A DNA stretch of 64,000 nt from Squalus acanthias (Eukaryota): contig JASTWF010000349.1 of NCBI GenBank assembly GCA_030390025.1, positions 1-64,000 on the forward strand, in the 5' to 3' direction. A model generated the notes under the pieces. It saw only the letters and a program-made list of their open reading frames with translations, ran no database searches and was not told the DNA's origin. Numbering within the stretch: position 1 is the stretch's first letter; each line of letters starts with the position of its first letter. Positions 1-9,882 of the stretch are shown here, in pieces. Made by a program: the position numbers and the translations under genes.

Positions 1-640
1 CCCCCCCCACACTGACCCCTGTGATACTCCACCCCTCCCCACACTGACCCCTGTGATACTCCACCCCCCCCCACACTGACCCCTGTGATACTCCACCCCC
101 CCCACACTGACCCCTGTGATACTCCACCCCCCCCCACACTGACCCCTGTGATACTCCACCCCCCCCCCCCACACTGACCCCTGTGATACTCCACCCCCCC
201 CAGTCTCACACTGACCCCTGTGATACTCCACCCCTCCCCCACACTGACCCCTGTGATACTCCACCCCCCCACACTGACCCCTGTGATACTCCACCCCTCC
301 CCCCACACTGACCCCTGTGATACTCCACCCCCCCCCCCACACTGACCCCTGTGATACTCCACCCCCCCCCACACTGACCCCTGTGATACTCCACCCCCCA
401 CACTGACCCCTGTGATACTCCACCCCCCCCACACTGACCCCTGTGATACTCCACCCCCCCACACTGACCCCTGTGATACTCCACCCCCCCACACACTGAC
501 CCCTGTGATACTCCACCCCCCCCACACTGACCCCTGTGATACTCCACCCCCCACAATGACCCCTGTGATACTCCACCCCCCACAATGACCCCTGTGATAC
601 TCCACCCCCCCAGCCTCACACTGACCCCTGTGATACTCCA
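1..640. repeat. C-rich minisatellite, ~29-35 bp unit (cacactgacccctgtgatactcca + variable C run); continues beyond window start
   Basis: About 20 tandem copies are directly visible. They account for the repetitive ORF 206..697. Confidence 0.95.
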
Positions 641-730
641 CTCTGACTTCACCTGAGGAAGGAGCAAATCGATAGCTCCGAAAGCTTGTGATTTCAAATA
701 AAACTGTTGGACTATAACCTGGTGTTGTGC
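641..730 (+). mobile_element. Penelope-like element terminal-repeat remnant
   Basis: A hammerhead core is followed by AATAAA (697-702) and ctgttggactataacctggtgttgtg. The ribozyme plus polyA signal layout is typical of Penelope-like terminal repeats. Family assignment is from recall. Confidence 0.6.
649..691 (+). ncRNA. Minimal type I hammerhead ribozyme motif
   Basis: Stem I tcac(649-652)/gtga(688-691); core CUGAGGA (653-659) plus an extra A; stem II ggagc(661-665)/gctcc(675-679); GAAA (680-683); palindromic mini stem III AGCU; predicted cleavage triplet CUU (685-687). Confidence 0.7.
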
Positions 731-1203
731 GACCTCTCAATACTCCACTCTGCCAATGGTCTGCTAGCCGGCCTCCCACCTTACACCCTCCATAAACTTG
801 AACTAATCCAAAACTCTGCTCCCCGAATCCTAACTTGCATCAAGTCCCCTGCATCCATCAACACTCTTCTCGCTGACCTATTTTGGCTTCCAGTCCGTCA
901 ATGTCTCGATTTCAAATCCCTCCACCTCCTTGTTCCTCCCACTCTCTGTAACCTCCTCCAGCCCTACCAGCCTCTGAGATCTCTGCGCTTCTTCAATTCT
1001 GGCCCTTAAACTTTTCTCATTTTCCTCGCTCCACCGTCGGTGGTCGTGCTTTCAGCTGTCTAAACCTTAAGTTCTGGAATTCCCTTCCTAAACCCCTCGG
1101 TGTCTCTACCTCTCTCTCCTGTAAACACTCTTCAGATTCTAGCTCTTTGACCAAGCTTTTGGTCACCTGTCCCTATATTTCCTTATATGGCTCGGTGTCA
1201 ATT
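731..1203 (+). mobile_element. L2-clade LINE 3' fragment (end of ORF2 plus part of 3' UTR), degenerate
   Basis: Translation LLAGLPPYTLHKLELIQNSAPRILT...LLADLFWLPVRQCLDFK resembles the L2 ORF2 C-terminus. The UTR matches the second copy at ~8500-8730. Confidence 0.75.
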
Positions 1204-1269
1204 TTCTCTCTCCTCTCTTTCCCCCCTCTTGCTCTCTCCTCTCTCTCCCTGCTCTTTCTCCATCTCCTC

Positions 1270-1463
1270 TGTGGTAACACAATACAGCTTCCTGTGACTC
1301 GAACTTTATTGCATCACTTCCTGTGATTAGTCCAGGATAAATACTGGACTGATCAGTTGAATCCTGGAGAGGCATAGAGTAAGACCTCTTTTGTATGTAG
1401 CACCTTTTTAGTTGATTAAAGCTTACTTTAAGTTCACCACGCGTAAGGCTCATTCTTACGACA
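1270..1463 (+). repeat. 5' LTR (194 bp)
   Basis: Runs tgtggtaac...ttacgaca, is a direct repeat of 5517-5710, and has ATTAAA at 1415-1420. Confidence 0.97.
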
Positions 1464-1541
1464 ATTTAATCAACTTTGAAAAACTTCGCACTCAAACTTT
1501 TTGGACGAACTCGGAACTAAGGATCCAGGGAATCACCCATC

Positions 1542-4500
1542 ATGGAAAACATCCTTAAACCATCGCGTCTTGACTTGGACCCAAACACCCCAGCAGCCGG
1601 TAAGGTGTGGAAACACTGGTATCGCACGTTTGACAATTTTCTCGAATATTGCAAGGCTGATGATGACTCAAAATTGCGGATACTCATCAACTGTGTCACC
1701 CCGAATGTATTTCAGTATGTCGAGGAATGGGGCAGTTACGAGGAGGCAATTCGGACGCTTAAAAGACTATATACTAAGACACCGAATGAGGTCTATGCCA
1801 GACATCTACTAGCTACAGCCCAACAAGGGCCGGAGGAATCCATTGATAAATTCCTCCAAGAGCTTCGCAGACTTAGTATGGACTGTAACTTTCAGGCGGC
1901 CTCAGCTGAGCTGTACCGTGAAGAAATGATCCGTGATGCTTTCATCTGCGGGCTTGCCTCCCCATTTATACGCCAGCGTCTACTGGAAAGTAAGACACTT
2001 GAGCTTCAGAGAGCTTATGACATGGCTTGCTCTCTAGATCTGGCAAAAAGAAATGCAGACCTTTATACAGTGCCCAGACCTCGGTCTGCTGCCTTAACTA
2101 CAGTCAGGCAATTTAAGAGGCCACAGGTGAACTCTATTAGGGAGGACTTTATCCCTGACGATCAATCTGATGACTTCACTGATGAAGAGGATGATGACCC
2201 CACTGTGGCAGCCTCTTGGCAATCTAAGAAATGCTTCTTTTGTGGTGATGAGTTTCACCCTCGGAAATTCTGCCCTGCTCGCAATGCGTTTTGCAGTCAT
2301 TGCAACAAAAAGGGTCATTTTGCAAAGGTTTGCCTATCAAGAGCCTCTACGAGGGCTTATCAAGCTAAGTCCTACCGAACTGCCCCGGTAAGGGCCTATC
2401 AAGATGTTCCGGCTAAAATCTATCGTGCTTCCTCTCGGGTTTTCTCTCGAAGAAACACACCTAGAGTTTCAGCCACTCTTTGTGCAACGACACCAATTAC
2501 AGCTGCTTGTCCTCAGAACCTATTCCATGCAGCTACAAAAGCATCAATTAATGGACATACTTTAGATGCCTTAATTGACTCAGGTAGCACTGATAGTTTC
2601 ATTAGGGAACAGATTGTTGCAGAGTTAAAGCTACATGTTTTCCCATCGGACCAGGCAATTGCGATGGCTCAGTCATCACTTAATACCAGAATTTCTGGCT
2701 TTTGTATGGTTGAAATAACACTTAATGGTCACAGGTATCCCTCCACCCGGCTTTCGGTGCTCAAGGACTTATGTAGTGATCTTATCTTAGGGCTGGATTT
2801 TCAAAAGCAGCATAAGAAGCTCACCATTGAGTTCGGCGGATCCAAACCTGAACTCACTATTTCTAATATACGACCTCGATTACCGTTCTGTGCATTGTCA
2901 GCAGCTTCACTGGATGAACCCTCACTGTTTACCAGTATCCCTCCTCGATGCAAACCGATTATAACAAAGTCACGACGTTTCAGTCAGGAAGACCAGTCTT
3001 TTATTGCGGCTGAGATTTCTCGGCTTTTAGCAGAGGATATCATCGAGCCTTGTTCGTCGCCATGGCGCGCCCAGGTCGTTATTGTTAAGAACCCTCTACA
3101 ACCTCACAAGAAACGGCTGTGCATTGACTATTCACAGACCATCAATCAATATACGGATTTGGACGCATACCCATTGCCGCGCATCGATGATATGGTTAAT
3201 AAACTGGCTGAGTACACGGTGTTCTCAACATATGATCTGAAAAGTGCCTATCATCAGGTACCCTTGAAGGTCTCAGACAAGCAGTATACGGCCTTTGAAG
3301 CCAATGGACGGCTGTATCAATTTCGTCGCCTCCCCTTTGGGGTCACTAATGGAGTGGCTGTCTTCCAGCGAGCAATGGATGACCTGGTCAAACAGGAAGA
3401 CTTGAAGGATACGTTTCCTTATCTGGACAATATTACTGTCGCAGGTCGCAATCAGCGGGAACATGACGCCAATCTCCAACGATTTTGGGATGCACTCCAG
3501 CACCGTAATTTGACATTAAATGCGGCTAAATCCATTGAGTCACAACCAACCATCAACATCCTTGGCTATTGTGTGGGCAATGGCATCATTAAACCTGACC
3601 CTGAAAGGCTTCGCCCACTCCAAGAACTCCCGCCACCTAAGAATCCGGCCTCCTTGCGCCGGACCCTCGGCCTGTTTGCATACTATGCTAAATGGATTCC
3701 TAACTTCTCGGACCGAATCCAACCTCTACTGAAGGCCAGCACATTCCCACTGGACACAGCGGCTGTTGCAGCCTTTAACCTCCTGAAAAGACAGTTGGAG
3801 AAAGCGGCTCTTCACTCCATCGATGAGAGTCTTCCTTTTGTTGTTGAGTGTGATGCCTCGGAGGTGGCGATCTCGGCCACTCTGAATCAGGAAGGTCGTC
3901 CGGTGGCATTTTTGTCCAGGACTTTTCAAGGGGCTGAGCTACATTATCCTCCAGTCGAGAAAGAAGCTACAGCCATCATAGAGGCAGTACGGAAGTGGAC
4001 TCATCTCCTAGCTCGCCAGCACTTTACCTTAATCACGGACCAGCGATCGGTCGCCTTCATGCTCGATAATCGAAAACGGACCAAAATTAAAAATAATAAA
4101 ATCCAGCTTTGGCGGCTGGAATTGGCCTCTTTTGGTTACACCATCCACTATCGACCTGGCAAGGAGAATGTGGCTCCGGATACCCTCACACGAGCATTCT
4201 GCTCCGCCATGGCACCCTCTACGCTCGTAGACATCCATGATGGGTTGTGTCATCCGGGCGTTACTCGCATGCTACACTTCGTGCGGTCCCGAAATCTCCC
4301 ATTCTCTACCGGGGATGTAAAGAAGATGTGCTCGGACTGCAGAGTCTGTGCGGAATTGAAACCTCAGTTTTTCCGCCCCTCGGGTGGTATACTCATACAT
4401 GCGACCCAGCCAATGCAACGGCTTAGCATCGATTTTAAGGGGCCGTTGCCCTCTTCAACTCGCAACACTTATCTATTGACCATGGTCGATGAGTATTCCC

Positions 4501-5498
4501 GTTTTCCGTTTGCCTTTCCCTGCCCCAATATGCTGACGACCACGGTTATCAGCTGCCTTGAGCAGGTATTTGCTTTCTGTGGCATGGCATCCTATGTTCA
4601 TTCGGATCAGGGCCCTTCTTTTATGTCAGGAGAACTCAAGGCCTATCTCTCGGAACGGGGTATTGCTGCCAGCAGAACAACGCCTTATCATCCGGTCGGG
4701 AATGGGCAAGTCGAGCGTTTTAACGCTATCATCTGGAATGCGGTACGTCTGGCTTTGAGATCTCGGGGCCTACCCAACCAGCAATGGGAAGCAGTACTTC
4801 CAGACGCATTACACTCCACACGGTCCCTCCTTTCGACCGCCACAAATACGACGCCTCATGAACGGTTCTTCCGATTTCAGCGTCGCTCATCCTATGGGAT
4901 ATCTCTCCCGTCGTGGCTGACTGCACCGGGACCAGTGCTACTCCGAAGATATGTCCGGGCGTCTAAGAATGACCCCCTGGTAGATGAGGTTGAGCTCACT
5001 GACGTCAACCCTACCTACGCCTATATTCGGTATCCTGACGGTCGGGAATCTACCGTGTCATTGCGGGATCTGGCTCCCTGCCCGCCAAAACATAGAGGGA
5101 CACCAGGGGATGATATTGTACCAGGCACATCTCTGGGCTCGCCAGGTGCCTCTCATCACGATCTGGATCTGACGCCGGCTGGTACCTCACTCCAGCGTGC
5201 CGACCTGGGGCAGACTGACTATGAGCCCGTCGGGGCTCGCACGCGCAGCCACGATCCACCCCGTACCATACGCTCGGAAACGGATCTGCCACAGCCCTGC
5301 CCGACACCCGTTCGGGCACCAGTACACAGTCAGGATCGTCCTGACCCCTCACAGAGCGGGCCGGATCACTCGGACTCTGGTCCACGGCCCGCGGCGGGTA
5401 AACGGGCTAGGGGCCCTCTACCGCTACGAGAACCCAAACGGGTGCGGCTCTCCCTCGTCCGGCGGCTACGAAATGGAGGGAGCATCCCGGCCTCCTAA
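1542..5498 (+). CDS. Gag-Pol polyprotein, 1318 aa, single frame
   Basis: Tandem zinc knuckles CFFCGDEFHPRKFC and CSHCNKKGHFAKVC; protease LIDSGS; RT (YDLKSAYHQV, LPFGVTNG, YLDN); RNase H (CDASE, EKEA, TDQ); integrase HHCC and D-D-E (IDFKGP, HSDQG, QVERFN). No env ORF and no recognisable chromodomain. Confidence 0.97.
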   Translation: MENILKPSRLDLDPNTPAAGKVWKHWYRTFDNFLEYCKADDDSKLRILINCVTPNVFQYVEEWGSYEEAIRTLKRLYTKTPNEVYARHLLATAQQGPEESIDKFLQELRRLSMDCNFQAASAELYREEMIRDAFICGLASPFIRQRLLESKTLELQRAYDMACSLDLAKRNADLYTVPRPRSAALTTVRQFKRPQVNSIREDFIPDDQSDDFTDEEDDDPTVAASWQSKKCFFCGDEFHPRKFCPARNAFCSHCNKKGHFAKVCLSRASTRAYQAKSYRTAPVRAYQDVPAKIYRASSRVFSRRNTPRVSATLCATTPITAACPQNLFHAATKASINGHTLDALIDSGSTDSFIREQIVAELKLHVFPSDQAIAMAQSSLNTRISGFCMVEITLNGHRYPSTRLSVLKDLCSDLILGLDFQKQHKKLTIEFGGSKPELTISNIRPRLPFCALSAASLDEPSLFTSIPPRCKPIITKSRRFSQEDQSFIAAEISRLLAEDIIEPCSSPWRAQVVIVKNPLQPHKKRLCIDYSQTINQYTDLDAYPLPRIDDMVNKLAEYTVFSTYDLKSAYHQVPLKVSDKQYTAFEANGRLYQFRRLPFGVTNGVAVFQRAMDDLVKQEDLKDTFPYLDNITVAGRNQREHDANLQRFWDALQHRNLTLNAAKSIESQPTINILGYCVGNGIIKPDPERLRPLQELPPPKNPASLRRTLGLFAYYAKWIPNFSDRIQPLLKASTFPLDTAAVAAFNLLKRQLEKAALHSIDESLPFVVECDASEVAISATLNQEGRPVAFLSRTFQGAELHYPPVEKEATAIIEAVRKWTHLLARQHFTLITDQRSVAFMLDNRKRTKIKNNKIQLWRLELASFGYTIHYRPGKENVAPDTLTRAFCSAMAPSTLVDIHDGLCHPGVTRMLHFVRSRNLPFSTGDVKKMCSDCRVCAELKPQFFRPSGGILIHATQPMQRLSIDFKGPLPSSTRNTYLLTMVDEYSRFPFAFPCPNMLTTTVISCLEQVFAFCGMASYVHSDQGPSFMSGELKAYLSERGIAASRTTPYHPVGNGQVERFNAIIWNAVRLALRSRGLPNQQWEAVLPDALHSTRSLLSTATNTTPHERFFRFQRRSSYGISLPSWLTAPGPVLLRRYVRASKNDPLVDEVELTDVNPTYAYIRYPDGRESTVSLRDLAPCPPKHRGTPGDDIVPGTSLGSPGASHHDLDLTPAGTSLQRADLGQTDYEPVGARTRSHDPPRTIRSETDLPQPCPTPVRAPVHSQDRPDPSQSGPDHSDSGPRPAAGKRARGPLPLREPKRVRLSLVRRLRNGGSIPAS

Positions 5499-5516
5499 TC
5501 TTTTGGGGGGGGAGAA

Positions 5517-5710
5517 TGTGGTAACACAATACAGCTTCCTGTGACTCGAACTTTATTGCATCACTTCCTGTGATTAGTCCAGGATAAATACTGGACTGAT
5601 CAGTTGAATCCTGGAGAGGCATAGAGTAAGACCTCTTTTGTATGTAGCACCTTTTTAGTTGATTAAAGCTTACTTTAAGTTCACCACGCGTAAGGCTCAT
5701 TCTTACGACA
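5517..5710 (+). repeat. 3' LTR (194 bp)
   Basis: Direct repeat of 1270-1463, preceded by the PPT and followed by the TSD. Confidence 0.97.
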
Positions 5711-5854
5711 TCCTCTCTCTCCCCCCTCTTTTTCTCTCTCTCTCTTTCACCTCAAGACCATAATGTAAGCATGTGTGTATCAATAAAGAATTAAATTATC
5801 ATAAAATCCACCAGTGTAATCTGCACTTTGTAATTTCAGTGACTGTTTTCACAG

Positions 5855-5950
5855 GTTTATCGCCATGGAGACCGATCTCCGACAAACACTTTCCCAAAAG
5901 ATCTGCATAAAGAGAAGGAGTGGCCCCAAGGGTTCGGGCAGCTTTCCCAG
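5855..5950 (+). CDS. Histidine acid phosphatase (ACP2/ACP3/ACP4 family), coding exon equivalent to exon 2; contains catalytic RHGDRSP
   Basis: ttttcacag|...|gtcagt; 96 nt; [32 protein letters not shown], closely matching the recalled lysosomal and prostatic acid phosphatase sequences. Confidence 0.95.
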
Positions 5951-6067
5951 GTCAGTGATTTCTCTCTCTCTATTTCTCTCTCTCTCTTCCCCCATGTCCT
6001 CTCAATGATTCCTTATATACATTCCATTAGTACATCCATGTTCTGAGTGATTGTTTAACTGGAGCTT

Positions 6068-7131
6068 CAGTCAGTGTAACCCTGGACAGTCACTGGACAG
6101 TCAGTCAGTGTAACCCTGGACAGTCAGTCAGTGTAACCCTGGACAGTCACTGGACAGTCAGTCAGTGTAACCCTGGACAGTCACTGGACAGTCAGTCAGT
6201 GTAACCCTGGACAGTCACTGGACTGTCAGTCAGTGTAACCCTGGACAGTCACTGGACAGTCAGTCAGTGTAACCCTGGACAGTCACTGGACAGTCAGTCA
6301 GTGTAACCCTGGACAGTCACTGGACTGTCAGTCAGTGTAACCCTGGACAGTCACTGGACAGTCAGTCAGTGTAACCCTGGACAGTCACTGGACAGTCAGT
6401 CAGTGTAACCCTGGACAGTCACTGGACAGTCAGTCAGTGTAACCCTGGACAGTCACTGGACAGTCAGTCAGTGTAACCCTGGACAGTCACTGGACAGTCA
6501 GTCAGTGTAACCCTGGACAGTCACTGGACAGTCAGTCAGTGTAACCCTGGACAGTCACTGGACAGTCAGTCAGTGTAACCCTGGACAGTCAGTGTAACCC
6601 TGGACTGTCACTGGACAGTCAGTCAGTGTAACCCTGGACAGTCACTGGACAGTCAGTCAGTGTAACCCTGGACAGTCAGTCAGTGTAACCCTGGACAGTC
6701 AGTCAGTGTAACCCTGGACAGTCAGTCAGTGTAACCCTGGACTGTCACTGGACAGTCAGTCAGTGTAACCCTGGACAGTCACTGGACAGTCAGTCAGTGT
6801 AACCCTGGACAGTCAGTCAGTGTAACCCTGGACTGTCACTGGACAGTCAGTCAGTGTAACCCTGGACTGTCACTGGACAGTCAGTCAGTGTAACCCTGGA
6901 CTGTCACTGGACAGTCAGTCAGTGTAACCCTGGACAGTCACTGGACAGTCAGTCAGTGTAACCCTGGACAGTCACTGGACAGTCAGTCAGTGTAACCCTG
7001 GACAGTCAGTCAGTGTAACCCTGGACTGTCACTGGACAGTCAGTCAGTGTAACCCTGGACTGTCACTGGACAGTCAGTCAGTGTAACCCTGGACAGTCAG
7101 TCAGTGTAACCCTGGACAGTCAGTCAGTATA
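6068..7131. repeat. Minisatellite, 34-bp unit cagtcagtcagtgtaaccctggacagtcactgga with 23-bp variants
   Basis: Directly visible tandem copies fill most of intron 5951-7386. Confidence 0.95.
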
Positions 7132-7386
7132 ACTTTAGTACAATATCTGTTTCAAAGGATCAGAACTTTGTAAAAGATCCAATGGGAAGAATTAAAATCT
7201 GTTAAATTCTACAAATGTGTGTGGGGCTGTCTGCCATAAATCCAGTCTAACCGAGGGATCATCCCTCCAGTGTGTTGGGCTGGAACTGGTTTTTGAACTG
7301 GCAGTTGTTGTGGTGCTTGTGGGTTGAACTCTGGTGCTGACCTGTCACCTCCAGTAATGACCAGGATTTCTGCTGCTCTTCCATAG

Positions 7387-7473
7387 ATTGGGATGAGGCA
7401 GCACTACGAGCTGGGCCAGTATCTGCGACGTCGTTACAAAAACTTCCTCAACTCCTCGTACGACCGTCAAGAG
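7387..7473 (+). CDS. Acid phosphatase coding exon (exon 3 equivalent)
   Basis: ccatag|...|gtgagg; 87 nt; [29 protein letters not shown]; phase 0 on both sides. Confidence 0.95.
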
Positions 7474-7476
7474 GTG

Positions 7477-8216
7477 AGGGGCTGCGGGTAGGGGGGGGGC
7501 GGGGCTGCGGGTAGGGGGGAGGGGCTGCGGGTAGGGGGGAGGGGCTGCGGGTAGTGGGGGCTGCGTGTAGGGGGGAGGGGCTGTGGGGAGGGGGGTTGGG
7601 CTAGGGGGAGGGGCTGTGGGGAGGGGGGAGGGGCTGTGGGTAGGGGGGGAGGGGAGGGGGGAGGGGCTGCAGGAAGGGGGGAGGGGCTGTGGGAAGGGGC
7701 AGGGGCTGTGGGGATGGGGGAGGGGTAGCGGGGGCTGCGGGGTAGGGGGGGAGGGGCTGTGGGGAGGGGGTTTGGGCTGTGGGGAGGGGGAGGGGCTGTG
7801 GGTAGGGGGGAGGGGCTGCGGGTAGGGGGGAGGGGCTGCGGGTAGGGGGGAGGGGCTGCGGGTAGGGGGGAGGGGCTGGGGGGAGGGGCTGTGGGGAGGG
7901 GGGAGGGGCTGCGGGTAGGGGGGGGGAGGGGCGGGGCTGCGGGAAGGGGGGAGGGGCTGTGGGAAGGGGGCAGGGGCTGTGGGGATGGGGGAGGGGCTGC
8001 GGGGAGGGGGGAGGGGCTGCGGGTAGGGGGGGAGGGGAGGGGCTGCGGGAAGGGGGGAGGGGCTGTGGGAAGGGGGCAGGGGCTGTGGGGATGGGGGAGG
8101 GGCTGCGGGGAGGGGGGAGGGGCTGCGGGTAGGGGGGGAGGGGAGGGGCTGCGGGAAGGGGGGAGGGGCTGTGGGAAGGGGGCAGGGGCTGTGGGGATGG
8201 GGGAGGGGCTGCGGGA
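7477..8216. repeat. G-rich degenerate ~19-20 bp tandem repeat (ggggctgcgggtagggggga)
   Basis: Directly visible, starting immediately after the splice donor. It explains the Pro- and Gly-rich ORFs here. Confidence 0.9.
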
Positions 8217-8497
8217 AGAGCTGAGTGGCTGAGTGAACTTGTTTGAATTGCAAGCTGTGTTGTGCTGGTGATTTGTACTCTAAGCTCTGGCCTTCTGTTA
8301 GGTGTGTAAGGTGTTGGCTCCAACACATGTTACACTGCTGCTTGTACAGTAAATAATTGTGGTCTTTGCCAAACTTCCATGTGATGTAGAAAACCAGATG
8401 TCACTTCTCCTGTGCGAACACTGAATGTAAAGCAGTCCCCTTACTGGAGTATCAGTCAGTATAACCCTGTACTGCTGAACTGTAGTGTCCAGCTCCA

Positions 8498-8730
8498 GAG
8501 CCCTAAGCACTGGAATTCCCTCCCTAAACATCTCCACCTCTCTACCTCTCTCTCCTCCTTTAAATCTCCCTCTCTCTCCTCCTTTAAATCTCCCTCTTTA
8601 ACCAAGCTCCAGCCCTAATATCTCCTGATGTGGCTCAGTGTCAAGTTTGCCTGATAACTCTCCCGTGAAGCACCTTGGAACGTTTTAGTACATTAAAGGC
8701 ACTTTATAAATACAAGTTGTTGTTGTTGTT
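8498..8730 (+). mobile_element. L2-clade LINE 3' UTR fragment with (ttg)n tail
   Basis: Similar to 1060-1200 (ggaattccctccctaaac...tggctcagtgtcaa) and ends ...aaaggcactttataaatacaagttgttgttgttg. Confidence 0.7.
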
Positions 8731-9254
8731 TAACTGCTGACCAACCACCAGGGTCTCTCTGACCTGCCCCTATCCGTGATGGCTTCAGAATGACTGTTCG
8801 TTTGAAGGGTGTTCACCTGAGTTAGACCTCCACAAAGTCCTTTGGAGATGCAGAGGAACCAAGACTTTTTTTAAATCAGTGTGTCTTTCTCAACTCCACC
8901 AGGTGGTGGTGAGATGTTCATGGGATTCACACAATGGCCAGGTTTGTAGCCCTGGCCTGGACCTCCTTGGCCTCCTGGTGGCTTTACTATGTGTTGGACG
9001 GTCCTGCGAGGCTGCCATGCCCTATGGTCTACTTCCAGAGCAAAGCCTGCAGCTGTCGAGTCGTCAACACAAGCCCGCTTGATGGTTCAAAACCAGCTAA
9101 CGCAGAGGTTGTCTTCAGAGCAGTGACCCTGCAGCCACCCTGCCCTCCGGCCTGGGATCCAGGGAGTTCAGGCCAGCGGCAGGAGTGTTCCTTCCAGCTG
9201 AGCTAGGGTTGTAACCACAAAGACTGGGTAGGGGGCAGATTCAGAAGCATTTAG

Positions 9255-9700
9255 ACATTTCGGGTACTCTGGTCTGACAAGTGGCAGATGTAGTTCGAAT
9301 CGGCTGAGCATAAAAGAACAGGTATCTGAACAAGGGACCCACGAAAGAAGGTGATGTTAAATAGAACAGTGGTTACAGTCTGTCAATTAGGGAGAGATCT
9401 GGTGGTGGGGGGGAGGGATAGTGGATAACTCTGCTCCATTCCTGGGCAGTGTAACTTCAAAGGTAGAGGCTAGGAGCAATAAGGGGAGCCAAGTACAGAA
9501 GTCTCACTCAAAGCAAAATGGAGTTATGGAATAAGTTTCCAGGAAAGGGCAATAAAGCGGACAAAATAAATGGGGCCCAGAGCAATTGGATGTGATTGTG
9601 CAGAGCGAGACTGCAGGGATTCGGTGAGAAGCTGGGCAGGTGTGGTTGATCTTTCAACAAGGGACAGCCTTGTTGGGCCAAATTCCGTTTTTTGTGTTCG
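9255..9700 (+). mobile_element. Old, highly diverged CR1 LINE 3' fragment
   Basis: tggtctgacaagtggcagatgtagttc reads W-S-D-K-W-Q-M-*-F, like the CR1 RT motif seen at 15750-16061. A degenerate CR1-like tail lies near 9660-9700. Confidence 0.45.
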
Positions 9701-9729
9701 AACCTACTATTGTTCTCTCTTCTCTGTAG

Positions 9730-9882
9730 ATTTATGTTCGGAGCACTGATTTTGAACGAACACTAATGAGTGCTGAGTCAGATCTCGCTGGGCTGTACCC
9801 TCCAGAAGGACGTCAGATATTCCTTCCCAACCTTAACTGGCAACCAATTCCGGTGCACACAGTGTCGAAGGAGGAAGAACAG
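9730..9882 (+). CDS. Acid phosphatase coding exon (exon 4 equivalent), GC donor
   Basis: tctctgtag|...cag|gcaagt; 153 nt; [51 protein letters not shown]. Confidence 0.92.

Larger units (their letters stand above)
1270..5710 (+). mobile_element. Full-length Ty3/Gypsy LTR retrotransposon (4441 bp), Mag-like Gag, apparently intact
   Basis: Two 194-bp TG...CA LTRs (1270-1463, 5517-5710) that look identical by eye; 5-bp TSD tcctc (1265-1269, 5711-5715); PPT ggggggggagaa (5505-5516); uninterrupted ORF with PR-RT-RH-IN order. Confidence 0.97.

Noticed and set aside
1163..1453. Duplicated ~96-aa ORF (also 5407..5700) as a gene pair
   Set aside because: It is an antisense reading of the two identical LTRs.
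5861..5870. Strong Kozak-like gccATGg in the catalytic exon as the start codon
   Set aside because: It is out of frame with RHGDRSP, spanning the His and Gly codons. The true start should be in an upstream exon outside the window.
7345..8328. Proline-rich extensin-like ORFs on the minus strand
   Set aside because: They are a by-product of the G-rich repeat and overlap a real exon on the opposite strand.
8750..9210. Short ORFs 8879..9082 and 8934..9206 as an extra exon or gene
   Set aside because: No recognisable motif, and the flanking phosphatase exons join without a gap. It may be an unidentified old repeat.
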